From NCBI GenBank assembly GCA_016929235.1, contig JAFGJD010000002.1, forward strand, positions 1-55,103: a DNA stretch of 55,103 bases. Direction: 5' to 3'. Positions 9,174 to 20,134 of the stretch are shown here, piece by piece. The notes under the pieces are model-generated. The model saw only the letters and a list, made by a program, of their open reading frames with translations, ran no database searches and was not told where the DNA came from. This stretch comes from Candidatus Babeliales bacterium. Lineage in GTDB: Bacteria > Babelota > Babeliae > Babelales > JABCYS01. The first letter of the stretch is position 1. Each line of letters opens with the position of its first letter. Both the position numbers and the translations under genes were made by a program.

Positions 9174-10283
9174 ATGAGTAAAAAAGCAGAACCGATCAAC
9201 ATTGATAAGCCCAAAGTTCTTCTTGTTGGAATACAAGCTCCTTATAATAAAACAAAGTATATAGATTCATACTTTGCTGAGTTTCTTAATCTTGCAAAAA
9301 CCAATCAACTGGAATGGGTCGATGTTTATTTCACCAAAATCAGATCCATTGACGCAAGTACCTTCCTTACTAAAGGCAAATTAGAAGAGATCACTAAACT
9401 GTGTAATGAGCATAATATAGATCACGTCGTTATCTCAGAACCGCTTACAGCGCAACAGGCACGCAACCTCACAGAATTATTTAGCGCAAAGGTCTTTGAT
9501 CGCACACAATTAATTCTCGAAATTTTTGAAAAGGCTGCGCTATCCGCCGAAGGGAAAATTCAGGTCGAGATCGCATTTCTCCAGTACCAAAAATCACGAC
9601 TTGCAGGCCATGGAATCCATATGTCTCAACAGGCTGGTGGGATTGGAACGAGGGGTCTTGGTGAAACCGCTAAAGAGAAAGAATCACGTCATATTGAAGA
9701 ACATATTTTAAAACTAAAAAAGAAATTGCATCAGCTCGAACTGACAAGAGAAACACAACGCAAACAAAGATTGGCAAACCGAATCCCAAACATCTGCCTA
9801 ATCGGATATACCAACGCAGGCAAATCAACCATTCTGAATGCGCTCACCAAGAGCCATGTTCTAGCTGAAGACAAGCTCTTTGCAACTCTTGATACCACAA
9901 CTCGTGAGCTCTTCATCAATGGTGTAAAAAAAGGTGTTATCTCAGATACCGTTGGTTTCATACAACAGCTTCCCACTCGATTGATCGAGGCATTTAAGTC
10001 AACGCTCTCAGAACTTCAATATGCAGATCTTCTTCTCCATGTCATTGATCTCTCAGATCTAAATTGGGAATCACATATCAAGATCGTACACGACATACTC
10101 AATGACCTTAATGTACATAAAGATATTCTGTACGTCTTTAATAAGGTAGATAAAACAGAAGATCTAGAAGCACTGAAACCGGCTCTCAATCCTTATCGTC
10201 CTCAGGTGCTTGTCTCCGCATCAAGCAAGGATGGGCTCGCGGCACTCAAAACATATCTTTCATTTTGGACGCCAGAGCGCTAG
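9174..10283 (+). CDS. hflX: Ribosome-splitting GTPase HflX
   Basis: DRTQLILEIF, G.GTRG.GET, GYTNAGKST, LFATLD, DTVGFI, NKVD. Confidence 0.97.
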   Translation: MSKKAEPINIDKPKVLLVGIQAPYNKTKYIDSYFAEFLNLAKTNQLEWVDVYFTKIRSIDASTFLTKGKLEEITKLCNEHNIDHVVISEPLTAQQARNLTELFSAKVFDRTQLILEIFEKAALSAEGKIQVEIAFLQYQKSRLAGHGIHMSQQAGGIGTRGLGETAKEKESRHIEEHILKLKKKLHQLELTRETQRKQRLANRIPNICLIGYTNAGKSTILNALTKSHVLAEDKLFATLDTTTRELFINGVKKGVISDTVGFIQQLPTRLIEAFKSTLSELQYADLLLHVIDLSDLNWESHIKIVHDILNDLNVHKDILYVFNKVDKTEDLEALKPALNPYRPQVLVSASSKDGLAALKTYLSFWTPER

Positions 10284-10366
10284 TACAACATATGCGACCC
10301 CCTTGTTAAAAAGCTGTTTTACTCATAGGCTAAGAGCAAAACAGACGCATCTTCAAGGAGCTTGTC

Positions 10367-11737
10367 ATGCTACACCAAATCATCATTCTCCTCACACCTC
10401 TTAAAATATACGCATGGCTTATTACCGCGCTTGCGTTCATGGTTGCTGAGCTTACAACTCCAGGTCTCTTTTTCTTTCTCGCATTCGGCGCCGGATCATG
10501 CATTGGTGCACTCTTGACATGGCATGGATCCCCATTCACTACCCAAGCATCAGGTGCGCTCATCAGCTCACTGATCAGTGTATGGATCCTGCGAAAACTG
10601 TTTGCGCAACATATCAGTGCCAAGCAGCATGTGCGAACAAATTATGAGGCTCTATCCGGCCAAACTGGAATTGTTACCAAAACAATCCAACCGCATCAAA
10701 GTGGATTAGTTAAAACAAAAGGTGAAGTATGGCCAGCAAAATCAGAAACCAACGACTCCATTGCGTCGGAAACCATCGTCTCCGTTTCTCGTATTGTAGG
10801 AAATCATATTATTGTTAAGCCATTGCTACTTCTTTTTGCATGTTCTTCGCTAGGCTCATTACAAGGCGTCGTTACAGACTATTTTACTAAACCCGATGGT
10901 GAGATAATGACTGATGATGAAGTAATAGAAGCATGCTGCAATCCGTCCTATCACCTGCATCATCCAATAAGTCGCATAGAGCGCCTTGCTGAAGCAGATC
11001 GCAACTGGGCGAATCGCCACTACAACGGAGCCACATGCTACTTCTTTACAACTTCAGGTACAAGAGTAAGAGAAGGCGAATTTGATTTTCAAACAACAAT
11101 GGAAGAAATAGATGCTCCTGGTATTGCTGATACATTATTTTTGAGACCTTTTGATGGATTGTCTAATACGCTATACAGGAATGAGGAGGTAGGCAATATG
11201 GTAGCTTCCCAGGATGCTGCGAACTGTATCCCATACATAAAAGCGATATGCGCCATGCGATCAAGAAGTGCAGTATCTCCTACTAATTCTGACGATAGAA
11301 TTGCCAAAGTGAAGGGAAAGAGTGTCACATTAGCCAAAGATTGCCCAGCAGGGACAGATTACCAAGTAGATGCACATTTGGTAGATTTTTCAAACTGGAT
11401 TGCGCTTTCTGAACGGTTTAAATTTGCTGCCGCACATGGTTGCATTACACAAAGATTCCAATTCTCCCCCCTGGAGCATAACTACGAGCTAATGAATCCA
11501 GAATTATACCCTCGCCTTTCTGCTGAAGACTTTAAGAAGGAAATCTATGCCAAAGTTCTTCATAGACGGATAAAAAGAATTGGAATTACAACTTTGATAG
11601 CACTAGCAGCCGCATATGGTTTTAAAAAATTATATACCGCTATATTCACACGCAAGCCAGGGGCTGCTCAAAAACTTGCCGAAAATAAGACTCAATCATC
11701 TCATGAACATAAATGTACTTCAGAGGAGCTATTATGA
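10367..11737 (+). CDS. NfeD/YbbJ-family protein fused to an unknown ~300-aa C-terminal module
   Basis: aa 1-152: three TM segments (AELTTPGLFFF) plus OB-like G.VK..GE.W.A...GNHIIVKP; remainder unrecognised; upstream of an SPFH gene. Confidence 0.8.
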   Translation: MLHQIIILLTPLKIYAWLITALAFMVAELTTPGLFFFLAFGAGSCIGALLTWHGSPFTTQASGALISSLISVWILRKLFAQHISAKQHVRTNYEALSGQTGIVTKTIQPHQSGLVKTKGEVWPAKSETNDSIASETIVSVSRIVGNHIIVKPLLLLFACSSLGSLQGVVTDYFTKPDGEIMTDDEVIEACCNPSYHLHHPISRIERLAEADRNWANRHYNGATCYFFTTSGTRVREGEFDFQTTMEEIDAPGIADTLFLRPFDGLSNTLYRNEEVGNMVASQDAANCIPYIKAICAMRSRSAVSPTNSDDRIAKVKGKSVTLAKDCPAGTDYQVDAHLVDFSNWIALSERFKFAAAHGCITQRFQFSPLEHNYELMNPELYPRLSAEDFKKEIYAKVLHRRIKRIGITTLIALAAAYGFKKLYTAIFTRKPGAAQKLAENKTQSSHEHKCTSEELL

Positions 11738-12693
11738 TCGTCGAAGGATTCATCATCTTTTTTATATGCCTCGTATTGTTTGTTATGCTCACGATTTCGC
11801 GTGCAACCTATCTGGTCCAACAATCTGAGGTCATAGTCGTTGAGCGTCTCGGGAGATTTCATTCTCTATTAACGCCCGGGCTTCATTTTGTCGTACCATT
11901 CATTGATCTACCACGTTCAACAATGTGGACCATGATCAAGCCAACATCGGACAATCACTGGTACCGCTATTATAAAAACGTATCGCGCATTGATCTTCGT
12001 GAAGCTGTGTACGACTTTCCAAAACAAAACGTAATTACCAAAGATAACGTTACAATGGAAATCAACGCACTGCTCTACTATCAAATCACTGATCCCAAGT
12101 GTGCAATGTATGAAGTACAAGATCTTCCTCTTGCTATCGAACAACTTACACAAACAACCTTACGTGACGTGATTGGTTCAATGGACCTTGATGAGACACT
12201 ATCATCACGGAGCCAAATCAATGAACGACTTCGCATCATCCTTGATGAAGCAACCGATAAATGGGGGGTACGGATCAACCGTGTTGAACTTAAAGATGTA
12301 AACCCACCACACGAGATCCGTATTGCGATGGAAAAGCAGATGAAAGCAGAACGCGATCGTCGTGCATTAATTCTTGAAGCTGAAGGCGCAAAGCGCGCCG
12401 CCATCCTGGAAGCAGAAGGCTACAAAGAAGCTAAGATCACACACGCCGAAGGTGACGCTCAGGCACGGCTCAATCAGGTCCATGCAGAATCGGAATCACT
12501 CAAGGTACTTCGCAATGTTCTTCCCGAAAATGCAGATCCAACTGCATACCTCATCGCATTGAATTATATCAAGGCGTTACCTGAAATGATGAAGGGGAAG
12601 GATGACAAGATGATCATTGTTCCGTATGAAGCAAGTTCTTTAGTAGGATCACTTGCAACCATCAAAGAGCTGTTTGATAAAACAAAAAAATAA
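11734..12693 (+). CDS. SPFH/stomatin-like (QmcA/band 7) protein
   Basis: VVERLGRF, ITKDNV, TTLRDVIG, AMEKQMKAER.RRA.ILEAEG; ATG after GAGGAG with ATGA overlap. Confidence 0.93.
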   Translation: MIVEGFIIFFICLVLFVMLTISRATYLVQQSEVIVVERLGRFHSLLTPGLHFVVPFIDLPRSTMWTMIKPTSDNHWYRYYKNVSRIDLREAVYDFPKQNVITKDNVTMEINALLYYQITDPKCAMYEVQDLPLAIEQLTQTTLRDVIGSMDLDETLSSRSQINERLRIILDEATDKWGVRINRVELKDVNPPHEIRIAMEKQMKAERDRRALILEAEGAKRAAILEAEGYKEAKITHAEGDAQARLNQVHAESESLKVLRNVLPENADPTAYLIALNYIKALPEMMKGKDDKMIIVPYEASSLVGSLATIKELFDKTKK

Positions 12694-12713
12694 ACATACA
12701 GTCATGATATAAT

Positions 12714-12746
12714 AGAGGCCGGAGTGAAACATCCGGCCTTCTTTTT
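12714..12746 (+). terminator. Intrinsic terminator after the nfeD-SPFH operon
   Basis: aggccgga/tccggcct stem followed by tcttttt. Confidence 0.75.
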
Positions 12747-12810
12747 GTACAACTTACGATTCTAATCTACTTTTGCTACAGTAGAAGCTCACATTCTACA
12801 AAGGTCTTGT

Positions 12811-15063
12811 ATGTCAGTTTCATTTCACGAGTTTTTTCAAACGCAGCTTAATCAAGCACAACAGAAAGCTGTAAATCATACTAAAGGTTCGCTACTAGTG
12901 ACTGCTGGAGCAGGCTCTGGGAAAACACGTATTATCACCGCACGTATCGTCAATCTCATTATGAACGAACACATACACCCAACAGCAATTGTTGCGCTAA
13001 CATTCACTAATAAAGCTGCACGAGAAATGCAAGAACGAATCACTAACTTTCTTGGGAAGCTCCCATTTATGCCATTTATTGGCACGTTCCATTCATATTG
13101 TTTGTACCTACTCAAGCGCAATGCAAAGCTTCTTCCATACGAAACATTCTCAATTATGGACGCAGACGACCAACACAAATTGTTGAGCAAATTGATCAAA
13201 CGATACTCGCTTGGAAAACAAACAACAGCAAGAAAACTCGCCTACCATATTTCAACATATAAAAATTCATCTCATTACGAAGGCAACGATCCACAAACAA
13301 AAATCGAACCCCTTGTCAGCCAGGTTTATCAAGCATATGAACACGAAAAAGAACTCAGTAAATGTTTTGACTTTGACGACTTATTACTAGAAACACTCAA
13401 ACTATTTCGTAAAAATCCGGCACTGAAAAAAGAACATCATACATTCATACGACATATCCTGGTCGACGAATACCAAGACACAAATATTGTGCAACACCAA
13501 TTGTTAAAACATATGGTCTTGCAAGGAACCAAAAAAATGGCAATCGATTCGTTGTGCGTTGTGGGCGATGAAGATCAATCTATTTATTCATGGCGAGGTG
13601 CTACCATAGCTAACATCATGAACTTCAAAATAGATTTTCCCGATGTAACCACAATCACAATTGAACAAAATTATCGCTCGGTACAATCAATTTTACATGT
13701 CGCGAATAAAGTTATTGAACATAACGAGCAACGCAATCCAAAAACGCTCTGGTCCGAACGAACTGGACGACAACGTGTATACCGCATTACCTGTGTTTCT
13801 GGTTATCAAGAAGCAGAAGCAATTGCACAATGCGCAAAAGCGTTAATAAGAGTCAATAAATTACGATCATCCGCTGTCCTCTATCGAGCGCACCATCAGT
13901 CGCGGATTATCGAAGAAGCATTATTGCGCCATACCATCCCATATAAGATCATTGGCGGCATTCAATTTTATGAACGTGCAGAAATCAAAGACTTACTTGC
14001 ATACCTACGTTTAATCGTTAACCCGTTCGATCGTATTGCAGCATCACGCATTATCAACACACCAGCGCGGGGATTAGGCGATAAGTTTCAAGAACAATTG
14101 TTTCAACTATGGACAAAAGATCCATTCAGTACACTCACCGACATTTGTACAAAAATGTGCGAAGAAGATGTAGTAACCGGAATAAAACAACAGAGTGTAA
14201 AAGCATTCATACAATGCTTTACTAACATTCAATCGACCGACAGCCCAACCATTGCACTAGAACGAATCATAGAAAAAACTGAATACTTTGCATATCTCAA
14301 AAGAAGTTATGAGCCGCAAGATGCACAAGCAAAAAGCGACAACGTTAAGGAACTATTACAAGCAGTACAATATGCAGAAAAACAAGGCACCAAATCTCTG
14401 AGTGCATTCCTTGATGAAATCGCACTCATGCAAGAAAAGATGCATGACAAAGATACAGATCATGAGCATATACAACTCATGACACTGCATGCCGCCAAAG
14501 GCCTTGAGTTTGATACTGTTATACTCGTAGGCCTTGAAGAAGGACTCTTACCAAGCAGCCGCTCTTTGATGGAAGCACAGAATGCAGAAGAAGAATGTCG
14601 CTTGTTTTATGTTGGTATTACACGCGCACGTGAGCGATTATTACTCGCCAAGGCACGATTCCGACATACATTTGGCAGTATGGAACACCAATCTTCATCA
14701 CGATTCTTAGATCATCTTTCTGATACCCTTGCACCACATGAAGATTTATCCTACGCAAAAGAACCACAAATCGAAGGATTCTTTGCTGAATGGTTGCATG
14801 CACCATTACCTGGACCAGAACGTTCCCCAGTAATCACCTTTACCAATACGTTTTCAGAATTCATTCCTGCACATCTCAAACAAGAGACACGCAAAAAAAT
14901 ACATACGACTGGTTGGAAAAAACATGCACCAGTCAAACATCCCAAGTTCGGAGTAGGCATCGTAAAAGAAGTTGAAAAAAAAGGAAACAACAAAACATAT
15001 ATCACTGCTAGCTTCAAAAGTGGTATTAAAAAGATCGACGCTAAATTCTTATTACCACTCTAG
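12811..15063 (+). CDS. uvrD: UvrD/PcrA SF1 DNA helicase
   Basis: AGAGSGKT, TFTNKAA.EM, DEYQD, VGDEDQSIYSWRGA, LMTLHAAKGLEF, YVGITRA; C-terminal Tudor-like V.HPKFG.G. Confidence 0.95.
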   Translation: MSVSFHEFFQTQLNQAQQKAVNHTKGSLLVTAGAGSGKTRIITARIVNLIMNEHIHPTAIVALTFTNKAAREMQERITNFLGKLPFMPFIGTFHSYCLYLLKRNAKLLPYETFSIMDADDQHKLLSKLIKRYSLGKQTTARKLAYHISTYKNSSHYEGNDPQTKIEPLVSQVYQAYEHEKELSKCFDFDDLLLETLKLFRKNPALKKEHHTFIRHILVDEYQDTNIVQHQLLKHMVLQGTKKMAIDSLCVVGDEDQSIYSWRGATIANIMNFKIDFPDVTTITIEQNYRSVQSILHVANKVIEHNEQRNPKTLWSERTGRQRVYRITCVSGYQEAEAIAQCAKALIRVNKLRSSAVLYRAHHQSRIIEEALLRHTIPYKIIGGIQFYERAEIKDLLAYLRLIVNPFDRIAASRIINTPARGLGDKFQEQLFQLWTKDPFSTLTDICTKMCEEDVVTGIKQQSVKAFIQCFTNIQSTDSPTIALERIIEKTEYFAYLKRSYEPQDAQAKSDNVKELLQAVQYAEKQGTKSLSAFLDEIALMQEKMHDKDTDHEHIQLMTLHAAKGLEFDTVILVGLEEGLLPSSRSLMEAQNAEEECRLFYVGITRARERLLLAKARFRHTFGSMEHQSSSRFLDHLSDTLAPHEDLSYAKEPQIEGFFAEWLHAPLPGPERSPVITFTNTFSEFIPAHLKQETRKKIHTTGWKKHAPVKHPKFGVGIVKEVEKKGNNKTYITASFKSGIKKIDAKFLLPL

Positions 15064-15073
15064 CGATGAAGCA

Positions 15074-15655
15074 TTATGCAGCATTAAGCATTTCCAGGAT
15101 ATCGGTCTGGTTATATTCAAACGCATAATCTCTAGCTGTTTTGCCAGCATTATCCGTTGCATCAATATCCGCACCGTTTTCTAATAAAATCCTAACTATC
15201 GCTATATTTCCATATAACGATGCAATCATTAACGCAGTAATACCGTCTGCGCGGTCCTTCGTTTTTACATTAGCTCCATTGGCAATCAGTAGTATCGCAA
15301 TATCATCAAATCCTCGCCAGGCTGCATACATAAGAGGCGTTAATCCCTTATCATTATCTTGTTCATTCAGACGAGCGCCCTTGCTAATAAGCTCTTGAGT
15401 AATATCAGCGTGACCTTCAGAACAGGCATACATCAACTGAGTGAGCCCAAATACTTGATCCTTGAACTGTATATCTGCACCCTGAGATAATGCTCCTTGA
15501 ACCCCAGCAAGATCTCCGTTATAAGCTGCTTCAATGAGTTGAATATTTACATTCTCATCGGCATGCGCTGGCATCTTGTACCAGAACAATATACTCATCA
15601 ACCCGATTATACTTGCTACCGTTACACTCAACACGGAGCGTTTCATATGCTTCAT
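15074..15655 (-). CDS. Secreted ankyrin-repeat protein
   Basis: Signal peptide ending AHA; about four ankyrin repeats (GLTPLMYAA..G, GITALMIAS..G, GKTA). Confidence 0.9.
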   Translation of the reverse strand: MKHMKRSVLSVTVASIIGLMSILFWYKMPAHADENVNIQLIEAAYNGDLAGVQGALSQGADIQFKDQVFGLTQLMYACSEGHADITQELISKGARLNEQDNDKGLTPLMYAAWRGFDDIAILLIANGANVKTKDRADGITALMIASLYGNIAIVRILLENGADIDATDNAGKTARDYAFEYNQTDILEMLNAA

Positions 15656-15670
15656 ATCATCCTCTCTAGA

Positions 15671-16246
15671 TCACGCTGCCAATGGGAGATGCACCTCATG
15701 CTTACGACCGTCCTTACTCCCTTGTACTGATATTTTCACGGCCAACGGCTTGCCTCTAAACATTAATTTATTTTGATCGGCTATCATAGCGTCGATATCT
15801 GCCTGTTCATCAAAAATGAGATCTCTATCAAGGACAATACCATTACTCAACTGCACGTTTCGACCTGGAACAAGATAATATCCCTTGCGTGTTTTGATAA
15901 TGCGGTATACTTCACCCTGTACCGTTGGATTATCATCCACGTACGGACCTTCCCATTTATCTGGGTATGCCAAGTTCATGGATCCAACTTCCGAACTCAC
16001 AAACATTTGTACCGTAAGAAAATCTACAAAATTTTCTTGGTGATCGAATCCAAGAATCTTACATGAGTCATCAATTCTTTTGAAAATGGTTTGAAGCTGT
16101 TGCATGTCACTAGCAACCAGCTCATCGCTGAAACTTTTTGCATTTGACAAAAGCACTTTTACCGATACCACAAGAATCATGCTAAATAAAACAATAATCA
16201 GCAATTGAAAAAGATGCTTGCGTAAAAATTCTAACACTCCGTTCAT
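15671..16246 (-). CDS. Membrane-anchored hypothetical protein, GspG/pseudopilin-like
   Basis: N-terminal hydrophobic helix and a WEGPY motif resembling the GspG W.GPY motif. Confidence 0.55.
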   Translation of the reverse strand: MNGVLEFLRKHLFQLLIIVLFSMILVVSVKVLLSNAKSFSDELVASDMQQLQTIFKRIDDSCKILGFDHQENFVDFLTVQMFVSSEVGSMNLAYPDKWEGPYVDDNPTVQGEVYRIIKTRKGYYLVPGRNVQLSNGIVLDRDLIFDEQADIDAMIADQNKLMFRGKPLAVKISVQGSKDGRKHEVHLPLAA

Positions 16247-16394
16247 ACTAACTCCCCTGTTTCGTATTACTTAATAAAAAGCTTAGCATGCTCCATAAAC
16301 GAAAGAGAAGGTTTCACTGATTGCTAAAGCTATCTTTTTGAACATAAGCGCATCATAAGTAGCAACATTGATAAGAGCATATCCCCGTAAGATC

Positions 16395-17405
<1,011 letters not shown>

Positions 17406-17522
17406 CTAGAAACAACTCTGTATCATCTCAAAATACTAGATCTACCATACCGAAATTGGCATAAGATGTCTTGACTTTTGAACGCACCCTACACCATGCT
17501 GGCAAAAAAAGGAGTCCTCTCT

Positions 17523-18377
17523 ATGAATCTGATTACCTGGATCCAAAACGCATTTATCAAATACTGGTATCTGATCGGTTGGCGTCATACATTAGAGATC
17601 ATCTTCTTTTCAGCGTTATTCTATTATCTCTCGGTATGGCTCAAACAAGATAAGAAGAACAACCTGCTTCCCGTGTTTTATGCATATTGCATACTTGCCT
17701 TTATTAGTTATGCTCTGGATCTTAGTTCCATATCACAGTTCTTGTTTATGTTTGCTCCCGTCACAATAATGCTATTTATTACGATGCATCAAAATACCTT
17801 ACAAAAAAACTATGTTACCGCCCGCAATCAAAGTTATGATTTATCGTCTGATTGGGTTGACGAACTCCTTAGAGCAACTCTGAGTGCTGTCAACAATCAC
17901 ACTCCTATCACGTGTTTAATAGAATCTGAAGATGCGCTTGATTCGCTTGTAAATTCAAATATTCACTTTGCAGCACCACTACAAAAAGAACTACTTGATA
18001 TTGTCATGACAAGCTCTTCTTTCGATTCTGAAAAGATGATCTGGGTAACCAATTTAGGAAATTTAAAAGCAATTAATACATCATGGACAGGAACATTTGA
18101 TACGGTCTGGGTAGAGAAAGCACTACATACCGACGCCGCATGGAAACAAGATGCACTACTGCTGACAAGTAAAAGCGATGCAACAGTCTGGCATATCGAT
18201 CCAAAATCGAGAACGTTTACCATTATACGAAACAGCACAGTCTATACTGATATTCCAATCCATGAATTTAAATCCCAGCTGGTCAAGCACTTATACGATA
18301 ACTCTGTAAAAAAGAATGAAGGAGTCTACCATCATGAACCGGTACAAAAAAATCGCGAACAACAACCTTCCGCTTAA
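17523..18377 (+). CDS. CdaA/DacA-like membrane protein with degenerate diadenylate cyclase domain
   Basis: Three N-terminal TM helices (LEIIFFS..FY) and a DAC-sized domain, first gene before cdaR-glmM; DGA and RHR absent. Confidence 0.7.
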   Translation: MNLITWIQNAFIKYWYLIGWRHTLEIIFFSALFYYLSVWLKQDKKNNLLPVFYAYCILAFISYALDLSSISQFLFMFAPVTIMLFITMHQNTLQKNYVTARNQSYDLSSDWVDELLRATLSAVNNHTPITCLIESEDALDSLVNSNIHFAAPLQKELLDIVMTSSSFDSEKMIWVTNLGNLKAINTSWTGTFDTVWVEKALHTDAAWKQDALLLTSKSDATVWHIDPKSRTFTIIRNSTVYTDIPIHEFKSQLVKHLYDNSVKKNEGVYHHEPVQKNREQQPSA

Positions 18378-18720
18378 GATTGCATCGCTAACATGTGGTT
18401 TTATATTTTGGGTGATCTTTGGCGCACAGCACAATACCACCATGACATTAAATATTCCACTGTGTTTTTACGGGCAACCGGAGGAATATACCGTTGAAGC
18501 CCCAGAAAGCATACAGGTTACACTCAGAGGAAAGCGTGCTGATTTATACGATTTAGAAATCGACAATCTTGGATTGCATATCAACAGCGATGAGATGAAA
18601 ATTGGAGATAATATCGTTATTCCTACCGCAGAAAAACTTTTTCTCCCCCCCCATGTCAAACTTGCACATTGGAATCCTACTAATCCAATAGTATCACTTC
18701 ACACAACACAGATTTCCTGA
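18334..18720 (+). CDS. cdaR: CdaR/YbbR-like protein (single YbbR domain)
   Basis: NN..LKI.SL..G...W N-terminal TM and P.SI.VTLRG motif; between the cdaA-like gene and glmM. Confidence 0.75.
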   Translation: MNRYKKIANNNLPLKIASLTCGFIFWVIFGAQHNTTMTLNIPLCFYGQPEEYTVEAPESIQVTLRGKRADLYDLEIDNLGLHINSDEMKIGDNIVIPTAEKLFLPPHVKLAHWNPTNPIVSLHTTQIS

Positions 18721-18801
18721 AAACACACCTACTTTTCCGAATAAGATGTTGCTGCTACACTGTTCCCACACTTATTATATCTCATCATTTATAAGGAAAA
18801 A

Positions 18802-20115
18802 GTGAATACGTTATTTGGCACTGATGGAATTAGAAATAAAGTCGGATATCATCCATTCACCAGGGACGCACTTGCTGAATTTGGCAACGCCCTTGGTCTC
18901 TGGATTACACAAAAATACGGACCGCAAATACCAGTACTCCTAGGATACGACACTCGAAAATCATGTGCATGGGTTAAGGCAGCGCTTCAAAGTGGACTCT
19001 TACTCCATCAAATTTCACTCTATGATGCAGATATTCTCCCAACACCGGCAGTCTTTAAAAACTTACGAACAAGCAAAAAATTTAAACTCGGCATAGTCAT
19101 TTCAGCCTCACATAATCCATATGATGATAACGGAATAAAGATTTTTGATCTCACAACAGGTAAGTTAACTCACGAAGACGAACAAACCATTACCGATCTA
19201 TTTTATAATGCTATACCACCAGCGTATGATTCATTTGGTACAATAACCACATATCGTGGTGCACAAAAACAGTACATTGATGATATTCTGAAGTATTGCT
19301 CACCAACGCTCACAGGAAAAACAATTGTTCTTGATTGCGCCCATGGTGCAACATCGCTTATCGCACCGTATATCTTCACTGCATGCGGAGCTCGAGTCAT
19401 TGCTCTCAACAATGAGCCAAACGGAACTAATATCAACGCAAACTGCGGAGCCGTACATCCACAAGGGCTACAACAAGCAGTTATTCGCAACAAGGCCGAT
19501 GTAGGATTTGCATTTGATGGAGATGGCGATCGCGTCATTGCCATCGATCGTTTTGGCAACAAAAAAGATGGTGATGATATTCTTGCGCTTTTGGCAATGC
19601 ATCCTACATATACTCAAGAAACCACAATTGTAGGAACAGTTATGACCAATCAGGGCCTCGAAGAACACCTAAAAAAACACAATACACAACTTGTTCGCGC
19701 AGCTGTTGGAGAAAAACATATCCTAGCCGAAATGCTTCCACATAAATATCTACTAGGTGGTGAACCCTCTGGCCATATTATTTTGCAAGACTATCTTGCA
19801 ATGAGTGATGGCATTGCTGCAGCATTACGTATTCTGGATGCGATGCATCATACCAACAATTGGGATATGGTTACTTTCACAAAGTTCCCGCAAGTGCTTA
19901 TCAACGTTCCCATTAAAACAAGACGCGATTTAACCAATCAACCACTTGCAGATCTTATTGCTACCAGTGAAACTGAACTTGGCACAGGCAGAATTCTTGT
20001 GCGCTACTCAGGTACAGAGCCTATTATTCGCGTTATGGCCGAAGCACCAAACGCAGAAAGGGCATCTACTATTGCAGAATTATTATCACAAAAACTGGCA
20101 AATGAACTTGGCTAA
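18802..20115 (+). CDS. glmM: Phosphoglucosamine mutase
   Basis: FGTDGIR, ISASHNP..DNGIK, FDGDGDR, GGEPSGH, RYSGTEP. Confidence 0.95.
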   Translation: MNTLFGTDGIRNKVGYHPFTRDALAEFGNALGLWITQKYGPQIPVLLGYDTRKSCAWVKAALQSGLLLHQISLYDADILPTPAVFKNLRTSKKFKLGIVISASHNPYDDNGIKIFDLTTGKLTHEDEQTITDLFYNAIPPAYDSFGTITTYRGAQKQYIDDILKYCSPTLTGKTIVLDCAHGATSLIAPYIFTACGARVIALNNEPNGTNINANCGAVHPQGLQQAVIRNKADVGFAFDGDGDRVIAIDRFGNKKDGDDILALLAMHPTYTQETTIVGTVMTNQGLEEHLKKHNTQLVRAAVGEKHILAEMLPHKYLLGGEPSGHIILQDYLAMSDGIAAALRILDAMHHTNNWDMVTFTKFPQVLINVPIKTRRDLTNQPLADLIATSETELGTGRILVRYSGTEPIIRVMAEAPNAERASTIAELLSQKLANELG

Positions 20116-20134
20116 ATTGGAACGGTCTGCACTT

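Noticed and set aside
15660..15720. tmRNA tag suggested by the LPLAA-stop ending
   Set aside because: It is the end of a 191-aa ORF, and no tRNA-like tmRNA termini flank it
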